From a virus (Duplodnaviria > Caudoviricetes), in IMG/VR virus record IMGVR_UViG_3300025131_000338, positions 1 to 27,116 of that record: a stretch of 27,116 nucleotides of DNA. One strand, given 5' to 3'. Of this stretch, positions 1-7,620 are shown one piece after another. Positions within the stretch are counted from its first letter, which is position 1, and every line of letters begins with the position of its first letter. Under the pieces are notes generated by a model. That model was not told the DNA's origin. It ran no database searches and was given only the letters and a program-made list of their open reading frames with translations. The translations under genes were made by a program, and so were the position numbers.

Positions 1-70
1 TTAAATCCCGGACATCCATATCTAGCTGGTCGTTAATATATTCTATTGTTTTCTTCCTGTACTTAGCCAT
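1..70 (-). CDS. Hypothetical protein, N-terminal fragment (runs off window)
   Basis: ATG at 70 directly abuts the TAA of the preceding gene (TAAATG); reads MAKYRKKTIEYINDQLDMDVRDL... open to the window edge. Confidence 0.6.
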   Translation of the reverse strand, partial: MAKYRKKTIEYINDQLDMDVRDL

Positions 71-238
71 TTAGAATAGCGGTTGCTTTAAAGCCTTCCT
101 TCTATAATAATCATCCTTTGAGTTTTGCTTCCTACAGTCATCACACATAGGATGTCTCTGGCCGAAAGTTTTAATAAACTCTGCCAGGGATTTACTTTCT
201 TTACACCTAGTACACTCTTTTCTATCCGTCATTTTCAT
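71..238 (-). CDS. Small C4 zinc-finger protein (55 aa; alternative start at 232)
   Basis: Translated by hand: MKMTDRKECTRCKESKSLAEFIKTFGQRHPMCDDCRKQNSKDDYYRRKALKQPLF. Two CxxC motifs, purine-rich AAGGGAAG upstream; below the ORF-track cutoff. Confidence 0.7.
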   Translation of the reverse strand: MKMTDRKECTRCKESKSLAEFIKTFGQRHPMCDDCRKQNSKDDYYRRKALKQPLF

Positions 239-353
239 CTTCCCTTAAATGATCAAAGTCTCCAGAAATTTCACACTGACATCTATCACAAATATGCCCA
301 ACATCCAAAGACTGGAAACACTCTACACAATAGTTTAACTGTAGATCAGACAT
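222..353 (-). CDS. Small CxxC...CxxC zinc-ribbon protein (43 aa)
   Basis: Translated by hand: MSDLQLNYCVECFQSLDVGHICDRCQCEISGDFDHLREDENDG. Overlaps both neighbours in operon fashion. Confidence 0.6.
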   Translation of the reverse strand: MSDLQLNYCVECFQSLDVGHICDRCQCEISGDFDHLREDENDG

Positions 354-447
354 AAGTACCCCCTATGGCAATTATCACATACCAGGTGAGTATGGATAAG
401 CCTGCAAGTAATAAAAACACTACAGCCCTCTCTATTATATTTATCAT
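346..447 (-). CDS. Small single-TM membrane protein (33 aa)
   Basis: MINIIERAVVFLLLAGLSILTWYVIIAIGGTYV; ATGA overlap with the NinG stop; GAGGGG SD upstream. Confidence 0.6.
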   Translation of the reverse strand: MINIIERAVVFLLLAGLSILTWYVIIAIGGTYV

Positions 448-935
448 TCGTGATCCCCTCTTATTTTTAGCCCAAAATCTGTAAATATGTTTGCAATACA
501 ATCCGACTGACTGTAGTCCTCTACCTGGACTAGCTTTAGTTTTTTCTTGTAGTAGTCCTCTAGTTTCAATCGAAATTCTACCAAGTCCAGATACGTCCCT
601 TTTGATATTGGATACTGGCGTGCCATATTTTCTAATAGCTGGGACGTACCCTCTCCAAACAGACGATCTATAGCCAGATTCATTGGCCCGGTTATGCCTT
701 GCTCCCACTGGCGGTGACACTTCCTGCACTGGCTGATCGTGTTCCTCTCGTCCCATCTCAGTATTAGATTGTTCCGTCCTATCTTGTGTGACCAATCTAA
801 TTGTCTTAGCGGTGTGCTGTCCTTGTGTATTCCGCACGTCTGACACGAATACTGATCCCTGGCCTTCACGTATTCCCTCATAGCCTTGTCCATCCTGTGC
901 TTCATTCGTGTCTTTGTAGGGATTTTTCTTGGCAC
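444..935 (-). CDS. ninG: NinG/Rap-family HNH recombination endonuclease
   Basis: 'YVKARD..SCQTCG...LDWSHKIGR....LRWDERN...QCRKCH' matches the NinG pattern; GTG start. Confidence 0.8.
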   Translation of the reverse strand: MPRKIPTKTRMKHRMDKAMREYVKARDQYSCQTCGIHKDSTPLRQLDWSHKIGRNNLILRWDERNTISQCRKCHRQWEQGITGPMNLAIDRLFGEGTSQLLENMARQYPISKGTYLDLVEFRLKLEDYYKKKLKLVQVEDYSQSDCIANIFTDFGLKIRGDHE

Positions 936-1210
936 TACTCATCCTCATCAAATTCCGGGGGGTCTGTGCTGTTAGTGTTTTTATTATACTCCTCTTGGCG
1001 TTTATCGAATATCTTATTAAACTTATCCCTCATCTCATCCGAATACCAACCCTCTAAAACACGATAACGCCCACCTTTTCCTTGGGTTCGCAATTTCTCC
1101 TGACCTGTCACGTAATTATCTCCATAATTATCTAGTGGGGTACAATCCCTTTTTTTCCTTCTTTTTGACGCTTCTTCAGCCTTATGCACTGCTTTATCTT
1201 TTTTACTCAT
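935..1210 (-). CDS. Hypothetical protein
   Basis: 91-aa ORF overlapping both neighbours; basic N-terminus, acidic C-terminus. Confidence 0.7.
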   Translation of the reverse strand: MSKKDKAVHKAEEASKRRKKRDCTPLDNYGDNYVTGQEKLRTQGKGGRYRVLEGWYSDEMRDKFNKIFDKRQEEYNKNTNSTDPPEFDEDE

Positions 1211-1479
1211 AATTCTTCGGGGTGATCAGAATTACCTTCGAGATAGGTTTCTATTGGCTTATCCGACAAAGCCTTGCCTTGCGACTCTGCTCCGACACCC
1301 CGAATTCTTTCAAATTCCTTATGAAACTCATCTACTGCATTTGGTACAAAATGACCGAAATTCTTAATCATATCTAAACATAAGATAAGTAGCTTCTCGT
1401 GATTATTAACCTGGGCCGACAGAAGTTTTACCTGTTCTGCCAGCCCCTCATTTGCTCTATGTAAGGATTCAGACTGCAT
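1207..1479 (-). CDS. Hypothetical protein (N-terminal coiled coil)
   Basis: 90-aa ORF; TAAATG junction upstream, ATGA overlap downstream. Confidence 0.7.
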   Translation of the reverse strand: MQSESLHRANEGLAEQVKLLSAQVNNHEKLLILCLDMIKNFGHFVPNAVDEFHKEFERIRGVGAESQGKALSDKPIETYLEGNSDHPEEL

Positions 1480-1818
1480 TTAAAATGGTAACTCTTCGTC
1501 AGCAGTTGCCAGGGTTTTTGTAGTTGTACCAGCAGGATCATACATTTCAGCGGCCAAGCTATTTAGCTCGTCACGATGATCAAAATGAATAAAAGCTAAA
1601 TCCATATATTCCTTCTGCTTACCATCTTTTCCTGTATAGGGTGTATCAAGCTTTTTAGATGGAGCTGATACGAAAAAGCCCTTTGCACCATCAACGAGCT
1701 TACAATCGTGAACAGTAACCAGGGGCTTTTGATGTTCATCCAACACAACCAAGCTAAGAGTGGCTACAGTCTTACCCCAGTCTACGTTTTTAAGATTTTC
1801 AATTATGAAATGTCTCAT
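1480..1818 (-). CDS. SpoVG-family nucleic-acid-binding protein with SSB-like acidic tail
   Basis: 'VTVHDCKLVDGAKGFFVSAPSKK...EYMDLAFI' resembles the SpoVG core; ends DEELPF. AGGAG SD supports a start at 1818 rather than 1857. Confidence 0.75.
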   Translation of the reverse strand: MRHFIIENLKNVDWGKTVATLSLVVLDEHQKPLVTVHDCKLVDGAKGFFVSAPSKKLDTPYTGKDGKQKEYMDLAFIHFDHRDELNSLAAEMYDPAGTTTKTLATADEELPF

Positions 1819-1837
1819 TTTACTCCTTTTTTTTATT

Positions 1838-2176
1838 TTATTTTCCCCAGAATCCATCGTTCACTATTCTAGCTATAATCCCATAAACTGAGAGATCGTC
1901 AAAGCTATCAAGTACAGATTCATTCTGAGCGTTTTTTCTTTGTTTTACTACTAGGTTGATGAGTCGTTGCATCTTGTCATTCATTCTAAATGTAAGCCCC
2001 ATCAAACTCACGTTTATATCTTCATCTGTTTCTAAACTTGTGCCAACCGCTATGTTGCCTGGACCGTAATCCATCTGCTTCTTACAGAAAAGCTCGTACT
2101 GCTCCCTCTGAAATGCTTTAAATGAACGGGCTGTTGCTGGGTAATTCTTCTCTATAAATTCTACTGGCTTATCCAT
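1838..2176 (-). CDS. DUF1599 / nucleotide-modification-associated domain 1 protein
   Basis: 'KKQMDYG..NI...RMNDKMQRL...NESVLDSFDDLSVYGII' fits the family pattern. Confidence 0.85.
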   Translation of the reverse strand: MDKPVEFIEKNYPATARSFKAFQREQYELFCKKQMDYGPGNIAVGTSLETDEDINVSLMGLTFRMNDKMQRLINLVVKQRKNAQNESVLDSFDDLSVYGIIARIVNDGFWGK

Positions 2177-2705
2177 TCCTCTCCCTTATATCTTTAACTG
2201 ATTTTAATTTATGCACTGGTATGTGAGTTAAGGGTTTTAATTCCCACCTAACATCAGCAGTTGTATTTGTATTACGGTTTAAAGATTGCTTAAACTCATC
2301 ATCCAGGTCTACACGATAATATCTATCGTCATCTGTGAAACGGAAAAATATGTAAGCAGGAAGATTTGTATTTCTTACCCTGTCTCGCATCTTAACTATT
2401 TTATCGGTGTCTACTACAGTGTCGGGATAGTCTATAGTCCCGTTAGTTCTATACTTTAGCTCTGCTACGCCAAGTATGGGGGTTCCAGGGACAATACTAC
2501 AGGTTCCTGAAAAATTAGAGTTGTCTGGGTTAACAATGTGATAATCGTATTCAGCAAACCTGGGTTTCGTTGGCCAAAATTCAAAACCAATAGAGACTTC
2601 AAGATCGTTTGCAAATTGATGTTGCTTCTGTGCATACAGATCGGCATTCCAGTCAAATTGACCTCGTGCATTTTCCTCCTCCACGAGAAAAAATTGATTA
2701 CTCAT
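2169..2705 (-). CDS. PD-(D/E)XK-fold nuclease-like protein
   Basis: 'EYDY...VAELKYR...YPDTVVD..K' D...ExK motif typical of small phage restriction-fold nucleases. Confidence 0.65.
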   Translation of the reverse strand: MSNQFFLVEEENARGQFDWNADLYAQKQHQFANDLEVSIGFEFWPTKPRFAEYDYHIVNPDNSNFSGTCSIVPGTPILGVAELKYRTNGTIDYPDTVVDTDKIVKMRDRVRNTNLPAYIFFRFTDDDRYYRVDLDDEFKQSLNRNTNTTADVRWELKPLTHIPVHKLKSVKDIRERNG

Positions 2706-2943
2706 TTATAGCCTTAGTTAGCATCTCCAATGTTAGATTTACAAGTCTTAGTCTTTCTTCCAGGATCGGAGTTCGATCCTCATCTGGAACGTCTACTGCA
2801 TTTTGAAACAAATCTATACCCTTCTTTTTTAATTGATAGGCCTTGGTATAATTAACGTATTCACCAGACTCTGGATTGAAATACATTTTCCTGGTCTTTC
2901 GTGTTTCATCTGATGGCGTTGGTACAATATCTTCTATCTTCAC
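2698..2943 (-). CDS. Hypothetical protein
   Basis: 81-aa ORF overlapping both neighbours in the operon. Confidence 0.7.
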   Translation of the reverse strand: MKIEDIVPTPSDETRKTRKMYFNPESGEYVNYTKAYQLKKKGIDLFQNAVDVPDEDRTPILEERLRLVNLTLEMLTKAINE

Positions 2944-3773
2944 TGAACTATATTTATGCTATTGCTTACGCTTTGTTTTAAATCAAACTCACTCATAGTA
3001 CAGCACCGACCCCAACCAAGCTGTTTAACCACCCGTACAGCGTCTTTTTCATATTCCTTAAATTCTGGTTTACCATAGCCACCAACACGCCTAATTTCCC
3101 TGAGTATTGGAGTTAATACGTCTACGCCATTGGTTGCACTTTTAGGTTTTACAACCTCTAATATTTCATCATTCCAGGATTTGTTGTTTAAAAAGGTTGT
3201 TGGGTCTTTCCTAAAACGCTTATTTGGTTCTGATTTTACATACCCTGGAATATAATTCATAGCAAGCTGACGATCCTTATCAGATAAAGCATTCCACTTC
3301 TTCTCTATCTTATCTGTATCACCTCGTTTTTTATCGTATAAATTCCAAAAATCAGCAAACGCTATATTTATATTACTCTTTTTATTATCTTTACTGTTAA
3401 GTAAAGACTTTCTATTATCTACGAAGTCTACTTCTATACCCCCCGGAAGTGTACTTCGTGAGGTAGGGTTACAGACTTCCATACCCCTGGAAGTTAATTT
3501 CAATACCCTTTTTAAAACCTCTTTTGTTCCCTCACGATAAATCAATTCTATACTAATAAAACCACCCTTAATTAGGTTTCGGATGATTGTAGAAACCTGT
3601 CTTTTGGAAACCTTTGTGAAGGTTGTTATCCATTCGTTATCAAATTGGTATATACCACCAGAGGTGATGACGTTGCCTATATTGGCTAATACAAATTTTT
3701 CATTTGGGGTTAAGTCTAACTCATACACTGCCCTGGTAATAATTATCATAGGGGGACTTTTAGGTCTAGCCAT
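2940..3773 (-). CDS. Phage replication initiator (N-terminal winged HTH; replisome-organiser type)
   Basis: 'LTPNEK...VSKRQVSTIIRNLIKGGFI' HTH; 'FADFWNLYDKK...DPTTFLNNKSWNDE' C-terminal motif common in phage rep proteins; repeats inside the gene. Confidence 0.8.
   Translation of the reverse strand: MARPKSPPMIIITRAVYELDLTPNEKFVLANIGNVITSGGIYQFDNEWITTFTKVSKRQVSTIIRNLIKGGFISIELIYREGTKEVLKRVLKLTSRGMEVCNPTSRSTLPGGIEVDFVDNRKSLLNSKDNKKSNINIAFADFWNLYDKKRGDTDKIEKKWNALSDKDRQLAMNYIPGYVKSEPNKRFRKDPTTFLNNKSWNDEILEVVKPKSATNGVDVLTPILREIRRVGGYGKPEFKEYEKDAVRVVKQLGWGRCCTMSEFDLKQSVSNSINIVQ
3361..3510. other. Putative replication origin inside the rep gene (iteron-like repeats plus AT-rich tract)
   Basis: ACTTCTATACCCCCCGGAAGT (3430-3450), ACTTCCATACCCCTGGAAGT (3475-3494), GAAGTSTACTTC at 3423 and 3446, adjoining AT-rich 3361-3420. 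Layout resembles lambda O. Confidence 0.6.
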
Positions 3774-4769
3774 TTACTTTAATCCCCCCACTTTAGTATA
3801 TCCATCTTTATCAATCGTTTTGGTATTTTTGGTTTGTTTTATTTTATTATTTTTTTTCCCACGATTAACTTCCTCTGAAATCAAGCCCCTTTGGTGAGGG
3901 GTACGAGAATTAACCACGGCTGATTTGGATGGGAAGAAGGTAGGAACATAATCTGCTGTTACAGGAGTACAGTCTGCCAGTGAAAATGTTGTAGGAAGGG
4001 GTTTTTTAACCTTGGGTTTACCAAGCTCAAATCCATCATAAATTCGTTTAAAAATTGCATAGATATCTCGAACCAGGTTAGCATCAAATTCATATTCAAA
4101 AGGCTCACATACGCTTTTTGGCGGACTGTCACCTTTCCAGTCTTTTTTTGCCCAAATTATACCCATCCGATCTACCGGGTTATCAGGATACATATCATTC
4201 CAGAGCATACTATACATTGTGAGCTGTGCCTGATTTTTTAGTACACCTTTAACATTCCGTGAAGTTTTTATATCTAACATCCAGGTGTCTTTTCCTATTT
4301 TACAGACTAAATCACAACGGCCCATAAATGGATATATAAACTCGTTAGCTTTCATTTTAAGTGAATATAAAAGCATCTCTTTATCTATCACTTTAGGTGA
4401 TTGCTTTTCCCAAAATGATATCAGTGAAAGTAGTGCCTTACGTATTTCAAGTGTTACTTGAGATGATGGATAGTAATTCCTACCAGGAACAATCTCCAGG
4501 GGATTTTCAGGTATAACTATTTCTCCCCCATCAAGTATCTTATCCCAGGCATCGTGAACGAAAGTGCCAATTTCACTGGCGGCTCCGTTATGTTGTATAT
4601 GCCTTTGATAATCCCCCTGGGATTGTTCTAAAAACCATTTGAAGAGAAACTCCTCAAGTGGAAGCCCAAAACGTAGAACTGTTGTTACGGAAGGGAAGAA
4701 TATACCTTTAGATACCTCATATACTCTTCCATAACTGCTATATGGTACTATTCTAGGATAGTCATCCAT
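3774..4769 (-). CDS. PD-(D/E)XK exonuclease (Cas4/RecB-like phage recombination nuclease)
   Basis: 'PSVTTVL', 'GTFVH', 'GRCDL', 'LDIKTS', 'QLTMY' motifs; adjacent to the annealase. Confidence 0.85.
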   Translation of the reverse strand: MDDYPRIVPYSSYGRVYEVSKGIFFPSVTTVLRFGLPLEEFLFKWFLEQSQGDYQRHIQHNGAASEIGTFVHDAWDKILDGGEIVIPENPLEIVPGRNYYPSSQVTLEIRKALLSLISFWEKQSPKVIDKEMLLYSLKMKANEFIYPFMGRCDLVCKIGKDTWMLDIKTSRNVKGVLKNQAQLTMYSMLWNDMYPDNPVDRMGIIWAKKDWKGDSPPKSVCEPFEYEFDANLVRDIYAIFKRIYDGFELGKPKVKKPLPTTFSLADCTPVTADYVPTFFPSKSAVVNSRTPHQRGLISEEVNRGKKNNKIKQTKNTKTIDKDGYTKVGGLK

Positions 4770-5453
4770 TTAAGCAAGCACACCATTGTTGTTTTGCATT
4801 TGGTGTCTTACTATAAAACGTAAGTTGGTTAAATGCTTGTTCTGATCTTTAGTGGGATTCTTTAATACACCAAAGCGTTTTCCTGCTTTTAAAAGCTCCT
4901 CACCGTCATTTAAATAAACTTCCCCATAAGATTTACCCTTACTGCCACCACAAGGTATTATTGATTTTAATACCCCCTCAATGGTTAAGTCGGGTTCTTC
5001 TTCAAAGGTTTGGGACTCCAGCTTTGGATCGGCATCATCGCCTGGAGAAGCATCAGAGGCAGGAGCCAGAGTCCCGGTATTTTCTGGGAAACTTTCCCCA
5101 GCATATATATAGTGCCCTAATCCAAACATTGCCATAGCTTTAACCAAACATCTCATTCTGGCAGTATTAATACTCCAAGCATCAGGATTAGGAATTGATT
5201 TATTATTGTAATCTGTTACAGCTAGCCACATAGGTAGTGAATGTCCATCAACAGTTAACACACACGATACTTCCATACTACCATCTGAAAAGAATTTATC
5301 TTCCTGCCAAATATAACTTGCGACCTCAGTGTTCTCAACTAAAGTTTTCCAGGCCCAAGTCCAGGAAAGATAAGTATAACCATTTTTATCTTTAGAATGC
5401 TCATTTACATCTATAGCTGAAAGTTTATCAAAAGTTTGTTTGAATGTGTTCAT
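4770..5453 (-). CDS. sak: Sak (Rad52-like, DUF1071) single-strand annealing protein
   Basis: 'DVNEH..DKNGYTYLSWTWAW...MWLAVTDYNNKSI.NP....INTARMRCLVKAMAMFGLGHYIYAGE'; AAGGAG SD. Confidence 0.92.
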   Translation of the reverse strand: MNTFKQTFDKLSAIDVNEHSKDKNGYTYLSWTWAWKTLVENTEVASYIWQEDKFFSDGSMEVSCVLTVDGHSLPMWLAVTDYNNKSIPNPDAWSINTARMRCLVKAMAMFGLGHYIYAGESFPENTGTLAPASDASPGDDADPKLESQTFEEEPDLTIEGVLKSIIPCGGSKGKSYGEVYLNDGEELLKAGKRFGVLKNPTKDQNKHLTNLRFIVRHQMQNNNGVLA

Positions 5454-5634
5454 ATGCTTCTCCTTTATTGTATAAGTTATGCTTAATTATGGCTTTAATT
5501 TATGGTAAGTTATGGTATATAACAAATTATTATTTAATTATTTATGATTTTTAATAATTTACTTGGTTTTAATTATGATATGATTATAATTTTCCCCATT
5601 GGTCGGTATTAGGTTGTAAACTTAAATTGCCACT
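5454..5634. promoter_or_regulatory. Divergent lysis/lysogeny control region
   Basis: Very AT-rich spacer between divergent sak and repressor. TTGGTT(5563)-16 nt-TATAAT(5585-5590) candidate rightward promoter; TTATG repeats at 5477, 5487, 5500, 5510, 5542, 5573. Confidence 0.7.
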
Positions 5635-6369
5635 ATGGGGAAGCTTATGATTATCGGAAAATCTATATTAGATGCAATTGAGCAATCGGACTTGTCAGAT
5701 AAAAAAATCTGTAATAAGGTTGGTGTATCTCAGCCTGCTTTCTATAAGTGGAAGACTGGCCAAACTAAAACAATGCGCAGGTCCAATGTAAATCTTCTTG
5801 CTACGGTATTAGACAAGGAAGTTATTTATTTGGATGGTGGAACTGTGGAGTTTAAAGATATCAATATAGAAATAGAGGAGCTTAATATGACAACAACAAA
5901 TGGCGATGTTCTAGTTAAAACTATAGACAACCTCTGGGCACAGATAGAAAAGAAGGATAAAGCACTTCTCAGGAAGGATAAAATTATCGCTGATTGGAAG
6001 GAAAAGTACGAGAACGAATGTGGGTGTAATTCTGAACACGTAGAACACGCACCACTATTAGATTTAAACAAAATACAAGCTTGTATAAGTAGGAAAGAAG
6101 CTATTTTTACAGATGTAACCCTTAAATATGCTCAACTACTTGGATATAGTTCTCGCTTTGAACTTATTGGCAATTCTTGGCTGATGGTTACTCCAAAAGA
6201 AATGCAAGAAGCATACCTAAATGCACCAGAGAGAGAGGTCGGGAGCACTGTACCCTATCCTGAGATCGAATTAGTAAAAAAGGATGGTAAACGTGTTGTA
6301 GTTAGTGCAAATAGTTATTATCCTGCAAAGGATATTAATATTATAGATGTTAAGGTTATAAAAAAATAG
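5635..6369 (+). CDS. XRE-HTH repressor fused to coiled coil and C-terminal PAS domain (start may be 5647)
   Basis: HTH 'LSDKKICNKVGVSQPAFYKWKTG'; PAS hallmarks 'FTDVTLKYAQLLGYSSRFELIGNSWLMVTP...EIELVKKDGKRVVV'; CI position next to attP/int. Confidence 0.8.
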   Translation: MGKLMIIGKSILDAIEQSDLSDKKICNKVGVSQPAFYKWKTGQTKTMRRSNVNLLATVLDKEVIYLDGGTVEFKDINIEIEELNMTTTNGDVLVKTIDNLWAQIEKKDKALLRKDKIIADWKEKYENECGCNSEHVEHAPLLDLNKIQACISRKEAIFTDVTLKYAQLLGYSSRFELIGNSWLMVTPKEMQEAYLNAPEREVGSTVPYPEIELVKKDGKRVVVSANSYYPAKDINIIDVKVIKK

Positions 6370-6418
6370 AATGAAAAGAATTGAGCAATATTTTAAATCG
6401 CTTTTAAATGAAGTATGA

Positions 6419-6648
6419 AAAAAGACACAAAAAAGACACAACACGGCAAAAGCCGGAGCACAAATAAGGAATTTCTCACGACTCTGGTCGTGAAAATGAC
6501 GACTGGAGAGTTGGCAGAGTGGTAATGCAGCGGATTGCTAATTTACCCTTTGTTATTTCTCTCCTCGTGAGAACCCTTTAAAACCCCTGGTTTTTGTCTC
6601 ATTTTAGGCACAAGGAGAAGCAAAATGAGATTATATAAAAGGCACAAC
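6419..6648. other. attP region with integrase arm-type repeats
   Basis: AAAAGACACAA tandem copies at ~6420-6441; related AGGCACAA at ~6606 and AAAAGGCACAAC at 6637-6648. They flank a tRNA-derived core immediately upstream of int. Confidence 0.7.
6505..6541 (+). pseudogene. 5' half of tRNA-Ser(GCT), probable attP core
   Basis: GGAGAGT-TG-GCA GAGTGGTAA TGC-A-GCGGA-TT GCT AA gives the acceptor 5' strand, D-arm, anticodon 5' stem and loop. Similarity ends just after the loop; no T-arm or CCA. Confidence 0.8.
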
Positions 6649-7620
6649 ATATGGTATATGGATGAACGTATTCAAGGTAAGCGTTTACGTAAAGCCCTAT
6701 CCTCAGATAAAAAGAAAGCACAGGCACTCGCTGAAGCATACGTGCTTAATTTCCTACAAAACAAAAACACAATTATAAAACAATACTCATTTATTGATGA
6801 GGTTAACAGATTTATGTTTCGTCACTACGATATTAAAAATGCCTTTAAAGGTAAACATAAATCCCAGGGCAACGCTTCACACGCTCTATCATCCCTAAAA
6901 CGGCTGTATACGACCATATCTAAGGAATATGTGGACGAGTATAGGGTAAGGGATATTGAGGGTTATATAGCCACCCTGCAAGGCACTATGAAAAATAAAC
7001 AAATCAACAGGCATATTGTTCATTTTAGAAGATTCTTTGATTATTGTGTTAAAAATGAGAAAGTGAAAAACAATATTGCTTCTCGTGTGGATCGCTTGAA
7101 AGAAGAGGTACATACACCCCACTCATTTAAAAAAGAAGAAATTGACCTTATATTATCTAAGGCTGGCGTGTTTCATAAATTCTTTGTATTCCTGCTTGAA
7201 ACTGGACTTAGACCAACTGATGCCTGGGATTTAACCCAGGACAATTTTATAAAAGAAAATGATGGAATGTTTATGAGGGTATGGATGCATAAACCTGAGA
7301 AATGGGTTACTGTGCCAGTTAACGAAACTGTACAGAAAATAGTGGAGTCTTCTGGGGATATTTTATTCTTCTGGGCTAAACTGAAGTCAGCACGTAGAAC
7401 ACCGCTTAAATTTATAAACGAACTGCTAGGTAGGGATTATTGTAAGAAAAACAAGGTTTCTCTACACTCATTTAGACATACGTATGCTAAGAAGGCTTTA
7501 AGAAAAGGAATGCCAAAGGATATGCTACAACAATTCTTAGGGCATTCTAGTGTTAAAACTACTGAGATATATGCAAACGAAGTACCAAAAGAAATACTTC
7601 GGAACTACCTACTTAGATAA
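6625..7620 (+). CDS. int: Tyrosine recombinase (phage integrase)
   Basis: Catalytic motifs 'TGLR', 'HSFRHT', 'LGHSSVKTTEIY'; N-terminal arm-binding-like beta domain; AAGGAG SD. Confidence 0.96.
   Translation: MRLYKRHNIWYMDERIQGKRLRKALSSDKKKAQALAEAYVLNFLQNKNTIIKQYSFIDEVNRFMFRHYDIKNAFKGKHKSQGNASHALSSLKRLYTTISKEYVDEYRVRDIEGYIATLQGTMKNKQINRHIVHFRRFFDYCVKNEKVKNNIASRVDRLKEEVHTPHSFKKEEIDLILSKAGVFHKFFVFLLETGLRPTDAWDLTQDNFIKENDGMFMRVWMHKPEKWVTVPVNETVQKIVESSGDILFFWAKLKSARRTPLKFINELLGRDYCKKNKVSLHSFRHTYAKKALRKGMPKDMLQQFLGHSSVKTTEIYANEVPKEILRNYLLR

Noticed and set aside
346-951. 201-aa ORF from the track
   Set aside because: Overlaps ninG out of frame; only its last 33 codons have an SD, a coupled start and a plausible TM product.
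3774-4769. CRISPR-associated Cas4
   Set aside because: No evident four-Cys Fe-S cluster set; context beside Sak indicates a recombination exonuclease.
70-4770. Repeated zero-gap TAAATG gene junctions (70/71, 1479/1480, 3773/3774, 4769/4770)
   Set aside because: Ordinary translational coupling in compact phage operons.
6444-6455. CGGC-AAAA-GCCG hairpin as an intrinsic terminator
   Set aside because: Only a 4-bp stem; no adjacent U-tract on the plus strand and an interrupted one on the minus strand.
6505-6590. Complete functional tRNA-Ser gene
   Set aside because: No 3' anticodon strand, variable arm, TTC-containing T-loop or CCA; only the 5' half is present.
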